Shown here one piece after another: positions 21,526 through 30,496 of a DNA stretch of 64,000 nt (position 1 is the stretch's first letter; each line of letters opens with the position of its first letter). A model generated the notes under the pieces. It did not search any database. It was not told the origin of the DNA and worked only from the letters and a program-made list of their open reading frames with translations. The position numbers and the translations under genes are program-made. This DNA comes from an uncultured Acidimicrobiaceae bacterium (lineage in GTDB: Bacteria; Actinomycetota; Acidimicrobiia; Acidimicrobiales; RAAP-2), in contig CAWKII010000001.1 of NCBI GenBank assembly GCA_963849705.1, positions 89,681 to 153,680 on the forward strand. The letters run 5' to 3'.

Positions 21526-22128
21526 CTACTCCGTGGGAGCGTCGCCGCCGGCCGCCGCGACAGGCTTGGCCGCACGTCCGGCGTGGGTGGCGACGACCGC
21601 CACCGTCGGATCGGCGACCGCCTCGACGCCCTTGGGCAACACGAGGTCGCCGACGCGAATTGAGGCACCCACACTGAGGCTCGAGATGTCGACTTCGACG
21701 AAGTTGGGGATGTCATCAGGACGGGCCAACACTTCGATGTTGAACATCTGCTGGTCGACTTCCCAGTCCGCGTGACGAACTTCCACGGCGTCGCCGATGA
21801 TGTGCAGCGGCACTTCGGCGACGACGGGCCTGTTGCGGTCGACCACTTGAAAGTCAATGTGCGAGACGGTTCCGCGCACGGGGTGGCGTTGGATCTCGCG
21901 AGCCAGAACGGTGAAGGTCTTTCCGTCGGCGTCGAGGGTGATCAAGGAGTTGAGCCCCTGCTCACCCGAGACGGCACTGCGAAAGTCTTTGGCGTTCACG
22001 GACACGGGGAGGGGTGCTACGCCCTCGCCGTAGATGACGGCGGGAATAGCGCCCGTGTGGCGCAGGCGGCGAGCGTTCGACGAACCCTGGGCGCGACTGG
22101 TCGACGCGTGCAGCGTGATCTGTGACAT
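21526..22128 (-). CDS. rplY: 50S ribosomal protein L25/Ctc
   Basis: RRLRHTGAIPAVIYG and EIQRHPV..SHIDF, plus the C-terminal Ctc domain. Lies between prs and pth. Confidence 0.95.
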   Translation of the reverse strand: MSQITLHASTSRAQGSSNARRLRHTGAIPAVIYGEGVAPLPVSVNAKDFRSAVSGEQGLNSLITLDADGKTFTVLAREIQRHPVRGTVSHIDFQVVDRNRPVVAEVPLHIIGDAVEVRHADWEVDQQMFNIEVLARPDDIPNFVEVDISSLSVGASIRVGDLVLPKGVEAVADPTVAVVATHAGRAAKPVAAAGGDAPTE

Positions 22129-22229
22129 GAGTACTCCTCTTGAGAAATGCCGGCGGCCCCAAGGCGACGCACAGGAGAGCCAGTCTACCCGAAATGGCCC
22201 CCTGCTCCCCCGGCCACTTGGCGCGGGTC

Positions 22230-23204
22230 CTAGAGGAGGTTCTCGCCTCCGAAGATGTCCGACACCGACGTGTCGTCGAAGATCGCCGAAATGGCGTTGG
22301 CCAAGATCGGAGCGATCGAGAGGACCTCGAGCTTCTCAAAGCGTTTCTCGGGGCCGAGCGGCAAGGTGTCGGTCACGATGACCCGGCTGATGGGGGCGTT
22401 AAAGAGTCGGTCGACCGCCGGCGGTGAGAAGACGGCGTGCGTGGCCATCACCCAGATCTCGGCCGCACCGTGCGCTTTTAAGAGGTCACAGGCCGCGACG
22501 ATGGTGCCCGCGGTGTCGATCATGTCGTCGATCAAGACACAGTGACGTCCCTCCACCTCACCCACGATGTGGCGGGCCTCGGCCACGTTGACGCGATCAC
22601 GCGGACGGGTCTTGTGCACGAGGGCGAGCTCACAGCCCAAATGCTGCGCGTAGCGTTCGGCCACTTTGACCCGACCCGCGTCCGGGGCCACCACCACCAG
22701 GTCCCGGGGATCGGCGTTCGACTTGAGGTACGCCTCGAGCACGGGAGCCGCGACCAGGTGATCCACCGGAACGTCAAAGAACCCCTGGATCTGGCCCGAG
22801 TGAAAGTCCACCGAGAGAACTCGCGTGGCACCCGCCGTTTGCAGCATGTCGGCCACCAGTTTCGCGGTGATCGGTTCGCGGCCCGCGGTCTTTCGATCCT
22901 GACGGGCGTACCCGTAGTTGGGGATGACCGCGGTGATGCTTTTCGCCGAGGCCCGCTTCGCGGCGTCGATCATGATGAGCTGTTCCATCACCGAGTCGTT
23001 CACCGGCGAGGCGTGCGTCTGCATAATGAAAACGTGCGCGCCGCGAATCGACTCGTCGATGCGACAGTGGATCTCCCCGTCGGCGAACTCGCGAAGATTG
23101 GCTTCGGTCAACTCCACGCCCAGCAACGCGGCCACCGAGGCGGCGAGCACGGGGTGGCATCGGCCCGTGACGATGACGAGGCGACGTTTCGCGAGGGACT
23201 CCAC
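22230..23204 (-). CDS. prs: Ribose-phosphate pyrophosphokinase
   Basis: FADGEI, PNYGYARQDRK, VDFHSGQIQGFFD, APDAG and DDMIDTAGT. Confidence 0.98.
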   Translation of the reverse strand: MESLAKRRLVIVTGRCHPVLAASVAALLGVELTEANLREFADGEIHCRIDESIRGAHVFIMQTHASPVNDSVMEQLIMIDAAKRASAKSITAVIPNYGYARQDRKTAGREPITAKLVADMLQTAGATRVLSVDFHSGQIQGFFDVPVDHLVAAPVLEAYLKSNADPRDLVVVAPDAGRVKVAERYAQHLGCELALVHKTRPRDRVNVAEARHIVGEVEGRHCVLIDDMIDTAGTIVAACDLLKAHGAAEIWVMATHAVFSPPAVDRLFNAPISRVIVTDTLPLGPEKRFEKLEVLSIAPILANAISAIFDDTSVSDIFGGENLL

Positions 23205-23232
23205 GGCGCCAGCGTACAGGTGAACGAGCGGC

Positions 23233-24330
23233 CTAGTGAGAACGTTGTGACAGGGGCGTGACGATTTCGCCCGTCGCGACGTCCGCTCCCGGACTCAACA
23301 CCACGAAGGACGAGACGCGCGCGTCGGCACCGATTCGTGCGCGCGTCGCTTCGACACTTCCGACGTACGCGTTCTCTCCGACCTCGACGTCGCGCAACGT
23401 GGCGTTCGGCCCGATCTGCGCGCCCCGGGCGATGCGACAGTGTCCGCGCAGGATCGTGCCCGGCAGCAGTGACACGTCGGAGGCGAGTTCCACGTCGGCG
23501 TCGACGTAGGTGTCGGCAGGATTCCACATGGTGACACCCCGCGACAGCCACTGCTCGTTGATGCGGGTGCGCAGTACGCGCTCGACGCGCGCGAGTTGGA
23601 GCCGGTCATTCACGCCCGCCGCTTCGCTGGCGTCGTCCAGCATGAGCGATCCCGTCACGTGGCCCATATCGTGAAGCACTCCTACTAAGTCGGTCAGGTA
23701 GTACTCGTGTTGAGCGTTTTGGCGATCCACCCGGCGTAGCGCGGGGCCGAGCAGGCTCTGGCGCACCACCATGATCGACGTATTGATCTCGTTGATCGCT
23801 CGTTCGGCCACGCTGGCGTCACCTTCTTCCACGATGCGCTCGAGTGTGCCGTCCTTCGCGTGGATCAAGCGGCCGTAGCCCGTCGGCTCCTCCACGCGCG
23901 CCCCGAGCACGGTCAGAGCGGCGTTCGTCTCGCGGTGCACCGCCAAGAGTCGCGCCACGCTAGCTCGGCGAAGCAGGGGCGTATCGCCGGGAAGAATGAC
24001 GACATCGCCGTCCGTCTCGCCAATGGCTTCGTCCAGAGCCGGCAGGGCGACCGCGACGGCGTGACCGGTGCCGAGTTGCTCGTCCTGCTCGACGAAGGTG
24101 AGACGACGCGCGACGTGAAAGCTTTCGCCTATCTCCTTCTCCACCCACAGGGCGTCGTGTCCCACCACCACGACGGTGGCCCGGACATTGTCTTGGGCCG
24201 CCGCGTCGAGCACGTAGAGAACCATGGCCCGACCGCACAGCTGGTGCAGCGGCTTGGGTCGAGACGAGCGCATCCGCGTTCCCTCGCCCGCGGCGAGGAC
24301 GACGACACAGGTGGGGCGACTCACCCCCAC
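23233..24330 (-). CDS. glmU: GlmU, uridyltransferase domain plus truncated left-handed beta-helix (365 aa)
   Basis: VLAAGEGTRMRS..PKPLH, EQLGTGHA, GDTPL, PTGYGR, EINT, EYYLTD and GVNDR. Ends after a few hexapeptide repeats, before the usual NFVE/HLxY/NYDG segment. Confidence 0.9.
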   Translation of the reverse strand: MGVSRPTCVVVLAAGEGTRMRSSRPKPLHQLCGRAMVLYVLDAAAQDNVRATVVVVGHDALWVEKEIGESFHVARRLTFVEQDEQLGTGHAVAVALPALDEAIGETDGDVVILPGDTPLLRRASVARLLAVHRETNAALTVLGARVEEPTGYGRLIHAKDGTLERIVEEGDASVAERAINEINTSIMVVRQSLLGPALRRVDRQNAQHEYYLTDLVGVLHDMGHVTGSLMLDDASEAAGVNDRLQLARVERVLRTRINEQWLSRGVTMWNPADTYVDADVELASDVSLLPGTILRGHCRIARGAQIGPNATLRDVEVGENAYVGSVEATRARIGADARVSSFVVLSPGADVATGEIVTPLSQRSH

Positions 24331-24365
24331 ATCTCTAGCAGGAGGAGTGCTCTACGATGCGGGAC

Positions 24366-25253
24366 GTGAGTCACAATTCTTATGACGAGTTTTCCCTCTT
24401 CCACGAAAACCTAGAGGAGTGGGGTCTGAACGTCCCCGTTCCCCCGGTTCAGCGCTTCTACGTCGCGGTCGACGGGCTGCGTCAAGTGAGTGGCCTGCGT
24501 TGGGGTGAAGGTGAACCCGAGCTCGTTCTCGTGCACGGGGGCGCCCAGAACGCCCACACCTTCGACACCGTCGCCCTCGCCCTCCAGCGGCCCCTGGTGG
24601 CCCTCGATTTACCGGGTCACGGCCACTCCGATCCCTCTCCCTTCGGCCACTCGGCCTACGACCATCACGCCCGCGACCTCGAAGTGGCGATCTCCGAGGT
24701 GACGACTCGCGCGTTGCCCCTCGTGGGCATGTCGCTCGGGGGAATGTGCTCCATCGTCGTGGCGGCCGAACGACCCGATCTGGTCTCCTCGCTGGTCCTG
24801 ATCGACATCACCCCGGGCGTCAACTCCGAGAAGTCTCGCCACATCACCGACTTCGTCAACGGGCCGAAGACCTTTGACAACTTCGACGCGCTCCTCGCGC
24901 GCACCGTCGAGCACAACCCCACGCGATCGGTCTCCTCACTTCGTCGCGGCATCTTGCATAACGCCGTCCAGCTGCCTGATGGTAGTTGGGTGTGGCGTCA
25001 TCAACAGCACGCGACCTCGCCCCTCGCGGCACCGACGCCCGGGAACCTGTGGGAGCAACTCGGCTCACTCGCCATGCCGGTCACCTTGATCCGCGGCATG
25101 GCGGGCGGATCGGTGGTTGATGACGAGGACGAGGACGAGCTGCTGCGCCGACTCCCCCAGGCCACGGTCATTCACGTGGAGGACGCCGGACACTCGATCC
25201 AAGGCGACCAGCCGGTCGAACTCGCCCGGCTGTTGCAAGAGGTGTGCGTGTAG
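24366..25253 (+). CDS. Alpha/beta hydrolase
   Basis: LVHGGAQN, DLPGHG, GMSLGG nucleophile elbow and AGHSIQ. GTG start lies 7 nt after a TACGAT -10. Confidence 0.9.
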   Translation: MSHNSYDEFSLFHENLEEWGLNVPVPPVQRFYVAVDGLRQVSGLRWGEGEPELVLVHGGAQNAHTFDTVALALQRPLVALDLPGHGHSDPSPFGHSAYDHHARDLEVAISEVTTRALPLVGMSLGGMCSIVVAAERPDLVSSLVLIDITPGVNSEKSRHITDFVNGPKTFDNFDALLARTVEHNPTRSVSSLRRGILHNAVQLPDGSWVWRHQQHATSPLAAPTPGNLWEQLGSLAMPVTLIRGMAGGSVVDDEDEDELLRRLPQATVIHVEDAGHSIQGDQPVELARLLQEVCV

Positions 25254-25258
25254 GTACT

Positions 25259-25334
25259 TGGCTGGCGGGGGAGGGCTCGAACCTCCAACCTACGGATTCA
25301 AAGTCCGTCGTTCTGCCAATTGAACTACCCGCCA
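25259..25334 (-). tRNA. tRNA-Gln(UUG), CCA encoded
   Basis: TGGCGGG/CCCGCCA acceptor (U1-A72), ACGGA-CTTTGAA-TCCGT anticodon arm, GGAGG-TTCGAGC-CCTCC T-arm, followed by GCCA. Confidence 0.96.
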
Positions 25335-25409
25335 CTGTCGATACTGTGGCAATCTTCAGAGATTCTTAGAGTATGTCTGAGGATGCTTAATACCAACCAG
25401 TCACACTAG

Positions 25410-26141
25410 ATGGTGAACCACCACTCAACGAAAGTCCCCGTGACGACAGTTCCCCAACCTAACTTCTACGTGGCCATCGTCGATGACGACGCGGCCATTC
25501 GTTCGGCACTCGGGCGCGCGCTTCGAATGGAAAACTACGACGTGGAACTCTTCGAGGACGGTTTGAGTGCCCTAAAAGCCGTTCAACTGAGAGCCCCTGA
25601 CGCCATCGTCCTCGACCTCCAACTTCCCGACATCGACGGACTCGAAGTCTGTCGCCGCATCCGTCGCTCGGGCGACACCACGCCGATCTTGATGTTGACT
25701 GCGCGTAACGCCGTGAACGACCGAGTCGAGGGACTCGACGTGGGCGCGGACGACTATCTGGTGAAGCCCTTTGATCTAGCGGAGTTGCTGGCGCGACTTC
25801 GTGCACTGCTGCGGCGCCACAACGTCGGCGACAGCGACGGCTCGGTGCTGCGCTTCGAGGACCTAACGCTCAATCCCCAGACCCGAGAGGTCTATCGAGG
25901 TACGCGACTAGTTGCGTTGACGAAGATCGAGTTCGATCTCTTAGAGCTCTTCTTGCATCACCCGCGTCAAGTTCTCACCCGCGACCAGATCCTGGATCTC
26001 GTCTGGGGATATAACTTCGACTCGGGCACTAACTCCCTCGCCGTTTACATTGGCTACTTGCGTCGCAAACTCGAAGAGGACAACAAGCCGCGACTCATTC
26101 AGACGGTGCGCGGGGTGGGTTACGCGCTGCGCACGACGTGA
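25410..26141 (+). CDS. OmpR-family response regulator, MprA-like
   Basis: IVDDD, VLDLQLP, LMLTAR, GADDYLVKPF, VYIGYLRRKLE and TVRGVGY. Confidence 0.92.
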   Translation: MVNHHSTKVPVTTVPQPNFYVAIVDDDAAIRSALGRALRMENYDVELFEDGLSALKAVQLRAPDAIVLDLQLPDIDGLEVCRRIRRSGDTTPILMLTARNAVNDRVEGLDVGADDYLVKPFDLAELLARLRALLRRHNVGDSDGSVLRFEDLTLNPQTREVYRGTRLVALTKIEFDLLELFLHHPRQVLTRDQILDLVWGYNFDSGTNSLAVYIGYLRRKLEEDNKPRLIQTVRGVGYALRTT

Positions 26142-27493
26142 CGTTTCGCACCCGCGTCATCACCGCGACCATGGCCGCGGCGGCGATCGCTGTCATTCTG
26201 GCCTGTTTCGCGTCGTACTTCACCACGCGCACCGCCCTCTTTCACTCAGTCGATGAGTCCCTGATCCAGGCGTCGGAGCAGGCGCCCAACACCCACTACG
26301 ACGATCGCGTCACCGGTTCGTACTCCGAGATCGTGTTGCCTACCGGTTCGACCCTGCCCACCTCTGACGTTCCCATCGACGCCACGATTTTGTCCGTAGC
26401 CAAGGGCAAGAGTGATCGCGTCATCCGCACCGTCTCCTTCGGCGGGCAGAGCTACCGCGAGCTCATCGCCCCGCTGCCCGCAAACTCACTGGTGAGCTGT
26501 CCCTCGGGAATCTGTCAGGTCTCCACCACCTCGGCGCAGCTCTTCATCGTGGACGTCACCGGCGAAGTGACCGAACTCAGTCATCTGGTGGCGACCCTCA
26601 TGCTGGTGGCCGCGGGCGGCCTCTTGCTCGCGCTCGTGCTGGGACTGTTCCTGGCGCGCCAGGCGCTCCACCCGCTCGAAGAGGTCACCGACGAGATCGA
26701 ATCGGTAGCCCTGACCAACGACCTGCAGTATCGACTGGCCGAAGGCGACGAAGACGAGCTGGGCCGACTCCGGCGCGTCTTTAATCGATTGCTTCGCTCC
26801 GTCGAAAGCAGCCAGACGCTGCAACGCCAACTCGTGCTGGACGCCAGTCACGAGTTGCGCACTCCTCTCACCTCCCTGCGCACCAACGCCCAGGTTCTCT
26901 CGCGCGGCGGGGCGTTCAACCCCGACGAACTGCGCCAGATCACCGACGACATGATCACCCAGGTGGATGAATTGGCCGCCCTGGTGAGCGACCTCGGAGA
27001 ACTAGCCCGCGGCGAGCGCTCCGAGGGAGAGCTCGAGGTTCTTCGCCTCGACGACAGCGTCGACGAGTGCGTCGAGACCGCGCGCACCTACGCCCGTCTT
27101 CGCGACATCACCATTGACGTGGACCTCGAGACCTCATTGGTGGAGGCACGGCACGACCGCCTTACCCGTGCGATCTCGAACCTCTTGACCAACGCGGTGA
27201 AGTTCACCCCCGTGGGCGGACAGATCGTCGTGCGATCCTCTAACGCCACCGTCACGGTCTCAGACAGCGGTCCGGGGATCTCGGAAGAAGATCGCCAGTA
27301 CGTCTTTGATCGCTTTTGGCGCTCTCCGACGGCGAGAGCCCTACCCGGCTCGGGACTCGGGCTCTCGATCGTGGCCCAGGTCGTCGCTGAAGTTCACGGA
27401 ACCGTGACGGTCGACCGAGACCCCCGGCTCGGAGGAGCCCGATTTACGATCACCTTGCCGGAGTTCACTCCGGACTCAAGACCTGAGGACTAA
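26138..27493 (+). CDS. HAMP-domain sensor histidine kinase, MprB-like
   Basis: Two TM segments, HAMP domain, DASHELRTPLTSLRTN, NLLTNAVK, DSGPGI, FDRFWR and GSGLGL. Confidence 0.93.
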   Translation: MTFRTRVITATMAAAAIAVILACFASYFTTRTALFHSVDESLIQASEQAPNTHYDDRVTGSYSEIVLPTGSTLPTSDVPIDATILSVAKGKSDRVIRTVSFGGQSYRELIAPLPANSLVSCPSGICQVSTTSAQLFIVDVTGEVTELSHLVATLMLVAAGGLLLALVLGLFLARQALHPLEEVTDEIESVALTNDLQYRLAEGDEDELGRLRRVFNRLLRSVESSQTLQRQLVLDASHELRTPLTSLRTNAQVLSRGGAFNPDELRQITDDMITQVDELAALVSDLGELARGERSEGELEVLRLDDSVDECVETARTYARLRDITIDVDLETSLVEARHDRLTRAISNLLTNAVKFTPVGGQIVVRSSNATVTVSDSGPGISEEDRQYVFDRFWRSPTARALPGSGLGLSIVAQVVAEVHGTVTVDRDPRLGGARFTITLPEFTPDSRPED

Positions 27494-27882
27494 GCGCCCG
27501 ACGAAGGGGAGACCGGCGCGCCGGCACCAGAGTCGATGATCTCTATTCGGTTACCGACCGGATCGTCGACGTGGCAGCGTCGCACACCGGGGATCGAGAG
27601 GTCGCTGCGCACCTCGACGCCGGCCTGCTCTAATCGCCCCATCAGTTCGTCGTAGCTGTCAACAACGAGGGCCGGGTGTGCCTTCTTCGCCGCTAGAAAT
27701 GGGTTCTCCACACCGAGATGCAGAGTCGCGTCGTCGCGTTGATACCAGCGGCCCCCGCGCACGGCTAGTAGTGGAGGCTTTTCCAGCGTGTCGAAGCCGA
27801 GGAGTCCGACGTAAAACTCATCGCATCGCTCCTCAGAACCCGGGGGAATCGCCAGCTGAACATGATCGAGTCGCCAGGGCAC
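27490..27882 (-). CDS. VOC/glyoxalase family protein
   Basis: LDHVQLAIP, FYVGLLG, LHLG, KAHPA and DDPVGNRIE. GTG start at 27882. Confidence 0.88.
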   Translation of the reverse strand: MPWRLDHVQLAIPPGSEERCDEFYVGLLGFDTLEKPPLLAVRGGRWYQRDDATLHLGVENPFLAAKKAHPALVVDSYDELMGRLEQAGVEVRSDLSIPGVRRCHVDDPVGNRIEIIDSGAGAPVSPSSGA

Positions 27883-27934
27883 GTGCTGACCTCCAAAGGT
27901 AGGACAAGGAAAACCTAGTAGTGTTCTACGAGCC

Positions 27935-28036
27935 ATGGGATCACTAATTAAGAAGCGCCGAAAGCGCATGCGCAAGAAGAAGCACAAGAAGATGCTGAAG
28001 CGGACCCGTTTTCAGCGTCGCGCCGCCGGCAAATAG
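27935..28036 (+). CDS. 30S ribosomal protein bS22 (AURKAIP1/COX24 domain), 33 aa
   Basis: Manual translation MGSLIKKRRKRMRKKKHKKMLKRTRFQRRAAGK matches the actinobacterial bS22 pattern MGSxIKKRRKRMxKKKHxK. Below the ORF-track length cut-off. Confidence 0.93.
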   Translation: MGSLIKKRRKRMRKKKHKKMLKRTRFQRRAAGK

Positions 28037-28042
28037 AGCTCT

Positions 28043-28798
28043 TTACGCCTCGCGGGGCGTCGTGAAGGTCTGGCAAAACTGAACTAAGCCCTCGGGGCCC
28101 ATGACGTCCCAGGTGGCCACGTCACTTTCGAGGTGTCCTTCCACGAAGAGGGTCGACCCCGAGCCGGCGAGGTGCACCCTGTTTCCGAGCGTCGCGCTTA
28201 GCCAGTCCATCGTTTCTCCCAGGCGTGGCTCCACCAGGCGAGCCGCCATCTCGAGGTGATTACGGCCGGACGGCTTCTCTCCGCTCCTCGCCAGCTCGTC
28301 AAAGGCCTGATAACAGGAGCCGGTGTTCACCCCGAAACTCAAAAGGGCGAGCGTGACGGCCCGACGCTCGTACTCCAGGGGCGTCAGCAACTCTCCCACC
28401 CCCTCGACCAACGCGCGCCCGCCCATCTGGCAGAACGGCACGTCTGCGCCCAACGTGAGCGCCCGGAGGTTGCTCACCCCGCCGGCCCAGCGCAGCATCG
28501 CCGCCGCGTCGGCGCTCCCGCCACCGAGTCCCCCTCCGGGGGGAATGATCTTGTGCACCGTGACTCCCGCACGTCGTCCCACCAGAGCGAGGGTCCTCGC
28601 CACCAGATTGCTCTCGTCCACCGGAAGCCCCGAGTAGGGGCCTTCGAGTCTCAGGTAGTCCCCGTCGGGATCGATCTCCAGACGATCGGCGACCTCTAAG
28701 GTCACCATCTCCGAACGCAACGTGTGCCACCCGTCGTCGCGCCGTCCCGTGACCTCTAAGAACCACGTGAGCTTGGCGGGGGCTAGGACCTCAATCAT
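28043..28798 (-). CDS. ispE: 4-diphosphocytidyl-2-C-methyl-D-erythritol kinase
   Basis: APAKLTWFL, KIIPPGGGLGGGSADAAA, LGADVPF and LAGSGST. ATG overlaps the rsmA stop. Confidence 0.92.
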   Translation of the reverse strand: MIEVLAPAKLTWFLEVTGRRDDGWHTLRSEMVTLEVADRLEIDPDGDYLRLEGPYSGLPVDESNLVARTLALVGRRAGVTVHKIIPPGGGLGGGSADAAAMLRWAGGVSNLRALTLGADVPFCQMGGRALVEGVGELLTPLEYERRAVTLALLSFGVNTGSCYQAFDELARSGEKPSGRNHLEMAARLVEPRLGETMDWLSATLGNRVHLAGSGSTLFVEGHLESDVATWDVMGPEGLVQFCQTFTTPREA

Positions 28799-29613
28799 CG
28801 AGCCGCCGCGAGAGCCGCGAACTCTTCGATAGTCAGTTCTTCTGGCCGGCGAGTCTCCGCCACGCCGGAGCGTTCGAAGACGCCGTCGGTGATCCACGGC
28901 GCCAGCGAACGGCGGAGCATCTTTCGACGTTGGCCAAAAGCCATGCGAATCATGGCGAACAGCTCCTCTTCGCTCACGACCTGTGGATCAACACGCACCC
29001 GCTCGCGACGCACCAGCGACACCAGCACCGAGTCCACCTTGGGTTTGGGCAGGAAGACCGACGGCGGAACCTTGCCCACGATCTTGGCGTCGGCGAAGTA
29101 CTGCACACGCAACGAGACCGCCCCGTAGGCCTCATCACCGGCGTGGGCGGCCAGCCGCTCCCCCGCCTCTTTTTGGACCATGACCAGCATGCGCGTAATC
29201 AGCGGCTCGCTTTCTAACAGGTGCAACACGACGGGCGTGGCCACGTTGTAGGGCAGGTTCGCCACCACCACGGTGTTTCGCCCGCCGAGGATCGACGCGT
29301 AGTCGGCGTCGAGGGCGTTGGCGTGATGGACGTCGATTCCCGTGCCCTCGACGGCGTGGCTCAAGGGCTCGATCAAGTAGCGATCGAGTTCGAGAGCGAG
29401 CACGTGGGCTCCCGTTTCGGCCAGCGCCAGGCTCAGTGAGCCGAGTCCTGCGCCAATCTCTAAGACTTGGTCGCCCGCCCCGACGTCGGCCAGCCGGGCG
29501 ATTCGTCGCACCGTGTTGGGGTCGACCACGAAGTTCTGTCCCAGGGCCCGCGAGGGAGTAAGCCCGTGATCCTTCAACAGAGCAATCACGTCGCTACGAG
29601 TGTGGGTCACCAC
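28795..29613 (-). CDS. rsmA: 16S rRNA m6,2A dimethyltransferase
   Basis: LGQNFVVD, VLEIGAGLGSL, VANLPYNVAT, MVQKE and FGQRRKMLR. Confidence 0.97.
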   Translation of the reverse strand: MVTHTRSDVIALLKDHGLTPSRALGQNFVVDPNTVRRIARLADVGAGDQVLEIGAGLGSLSLALAETGAHVLALELDRYLIEPLSHAVEGTGIDVHHANALDADYASILGGRNTVVVANLPYNVATPVVLHLLESEPLITRMLVMVQKEAGERLAAHAGDEAYGAVSLRVQYFADAKIVGKVPPSVFLPKPKVDSVLVSLVRRERVRVDPQVVSEEELFAMIRMAFGQRRKMLRRSLAPWITDGVFERSGVAETRRPEELTIEEFAALAAAR

Positions 29614-30389
29614 GTAACTTTGACACTAATCACGCCCTTCCAGAGCGGGGCTAATTGGGCGAACTGGGTCTCTGAGAGATCGACCACGTGATTGCCGCTA
29701 CGCCACTCGCGATCCGAGATGATGCAGGTGATCGCCTTTCCGGTCGACAGGTCGCGAATGGTGATCCTCGTGCCCTTAGGCAGATACCACGTGGCGCAGC
29801 GTCCGGGGATGTAGTTGTACCACGTGGCGACGCCGATCTTGTAGCCCGCGCCGTTGATGACCGAGCCCGCCGCAACCGCAGGCGGGGTCGCCACCGGCGC
29901 CACCGCCTTGACGGGGGCGGGCTTGCGCATAGCTACCCTCACGGTGATCTCGGCGTGCCACGCAACCTTCGTGCCCGGGGCCACCGACTGGGAGAGAACG
30001 ACCTTCCAGGTTCCGTTGGAACTTCCTGGTCCGGTCGGTAAAAAGTACAGTTGCGCCTGGCGCATGGCGAGAAGAGCTTCGGCGTGGGTGAGGTCGATGA
30101 GGCGGGGCACGGCCCGGGGGCCTCGGGGATTCACGTTAGTGACGGTAAGAGTCGCCTCACCGTGCCACTTGATCTCGACGCCGGGACGAGGAGACTGCGC
30201 GGTGACCTCGAACCATCGATCGACGTTGCTCCCCGGTCCTTCCGTCTCGAAGTAGAGGCCGTTGTTTCGCATGATGCGATAGACGTCAACGCGGCTGCGC
30301 CCGATGAGATCGGGCATGCGAACGGGCGCGTGCCTCCCCCCGGCGCCAGCCGTGTTGGGCGTCAGCAGCACCACCGTGGTGGCCAACAC
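29607..30389 (-). CDS. Exported protein with two PASTA-like repeats and a C-terminal RlpA-like double-psi beta-barrel (start may lie slightly upstream)
   Basis: VRMPDLIG...AQSPRPG and AVPRLID...SQSVAPGTKV repeats, an Ala/Pro linker, then ATWY..LPKGT.I.I..C.ISDR..VVDLS..F..L..GVI.V. Confidence 0.75.
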   Translation of the reverse strand: MLATTVVLLTPNTAGAGGRHAPVRMPDLIGRSRVDVYRIMRNNGLYFETEGPGSNVDRWFEVTAQSPRPGVEIKWHGEATLTVTNVNPRGPRAVPRLIDLTHAEALLAMRQAQLYFLPTGPGSSNGTWKVVLSQSVAPGTKVAWHAEITVRVAMRKPAPVKAVAPVATPPAVAAGSVINGAGYKIGVATWYNYIPGRCATWYLPKGTRITIRDLSTGKAITCIISDREWRSGNHVVDLSETQFAQLAPLWKGVISVKVTW

Positions 30390-30496
30390 GGCCAGCGTGG
30401 TACGAAGTAAGCGCGGAAGAGAAGCCCCGCGTCGTGTTGTACTCAGATACCCGTCCTCCGCCAGGACCGCGAGATTTCCGTGAAACCCGCCTCCTT

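Noticed and set aside
17660-21663. Several long plus-strand ORFs (235-294 aa) opposite mfd, pth and rplY
   Set aside because: They are antisense to well-supported core genes and carry no motifs.
30390-30496. Possible c-di-AMP (ydaO) riboswitch in front of the Rpf-slot gene
   Set aside because: No recognisable ydaO conserved segments were seen and the leader is short. An Infernal search would settle it.
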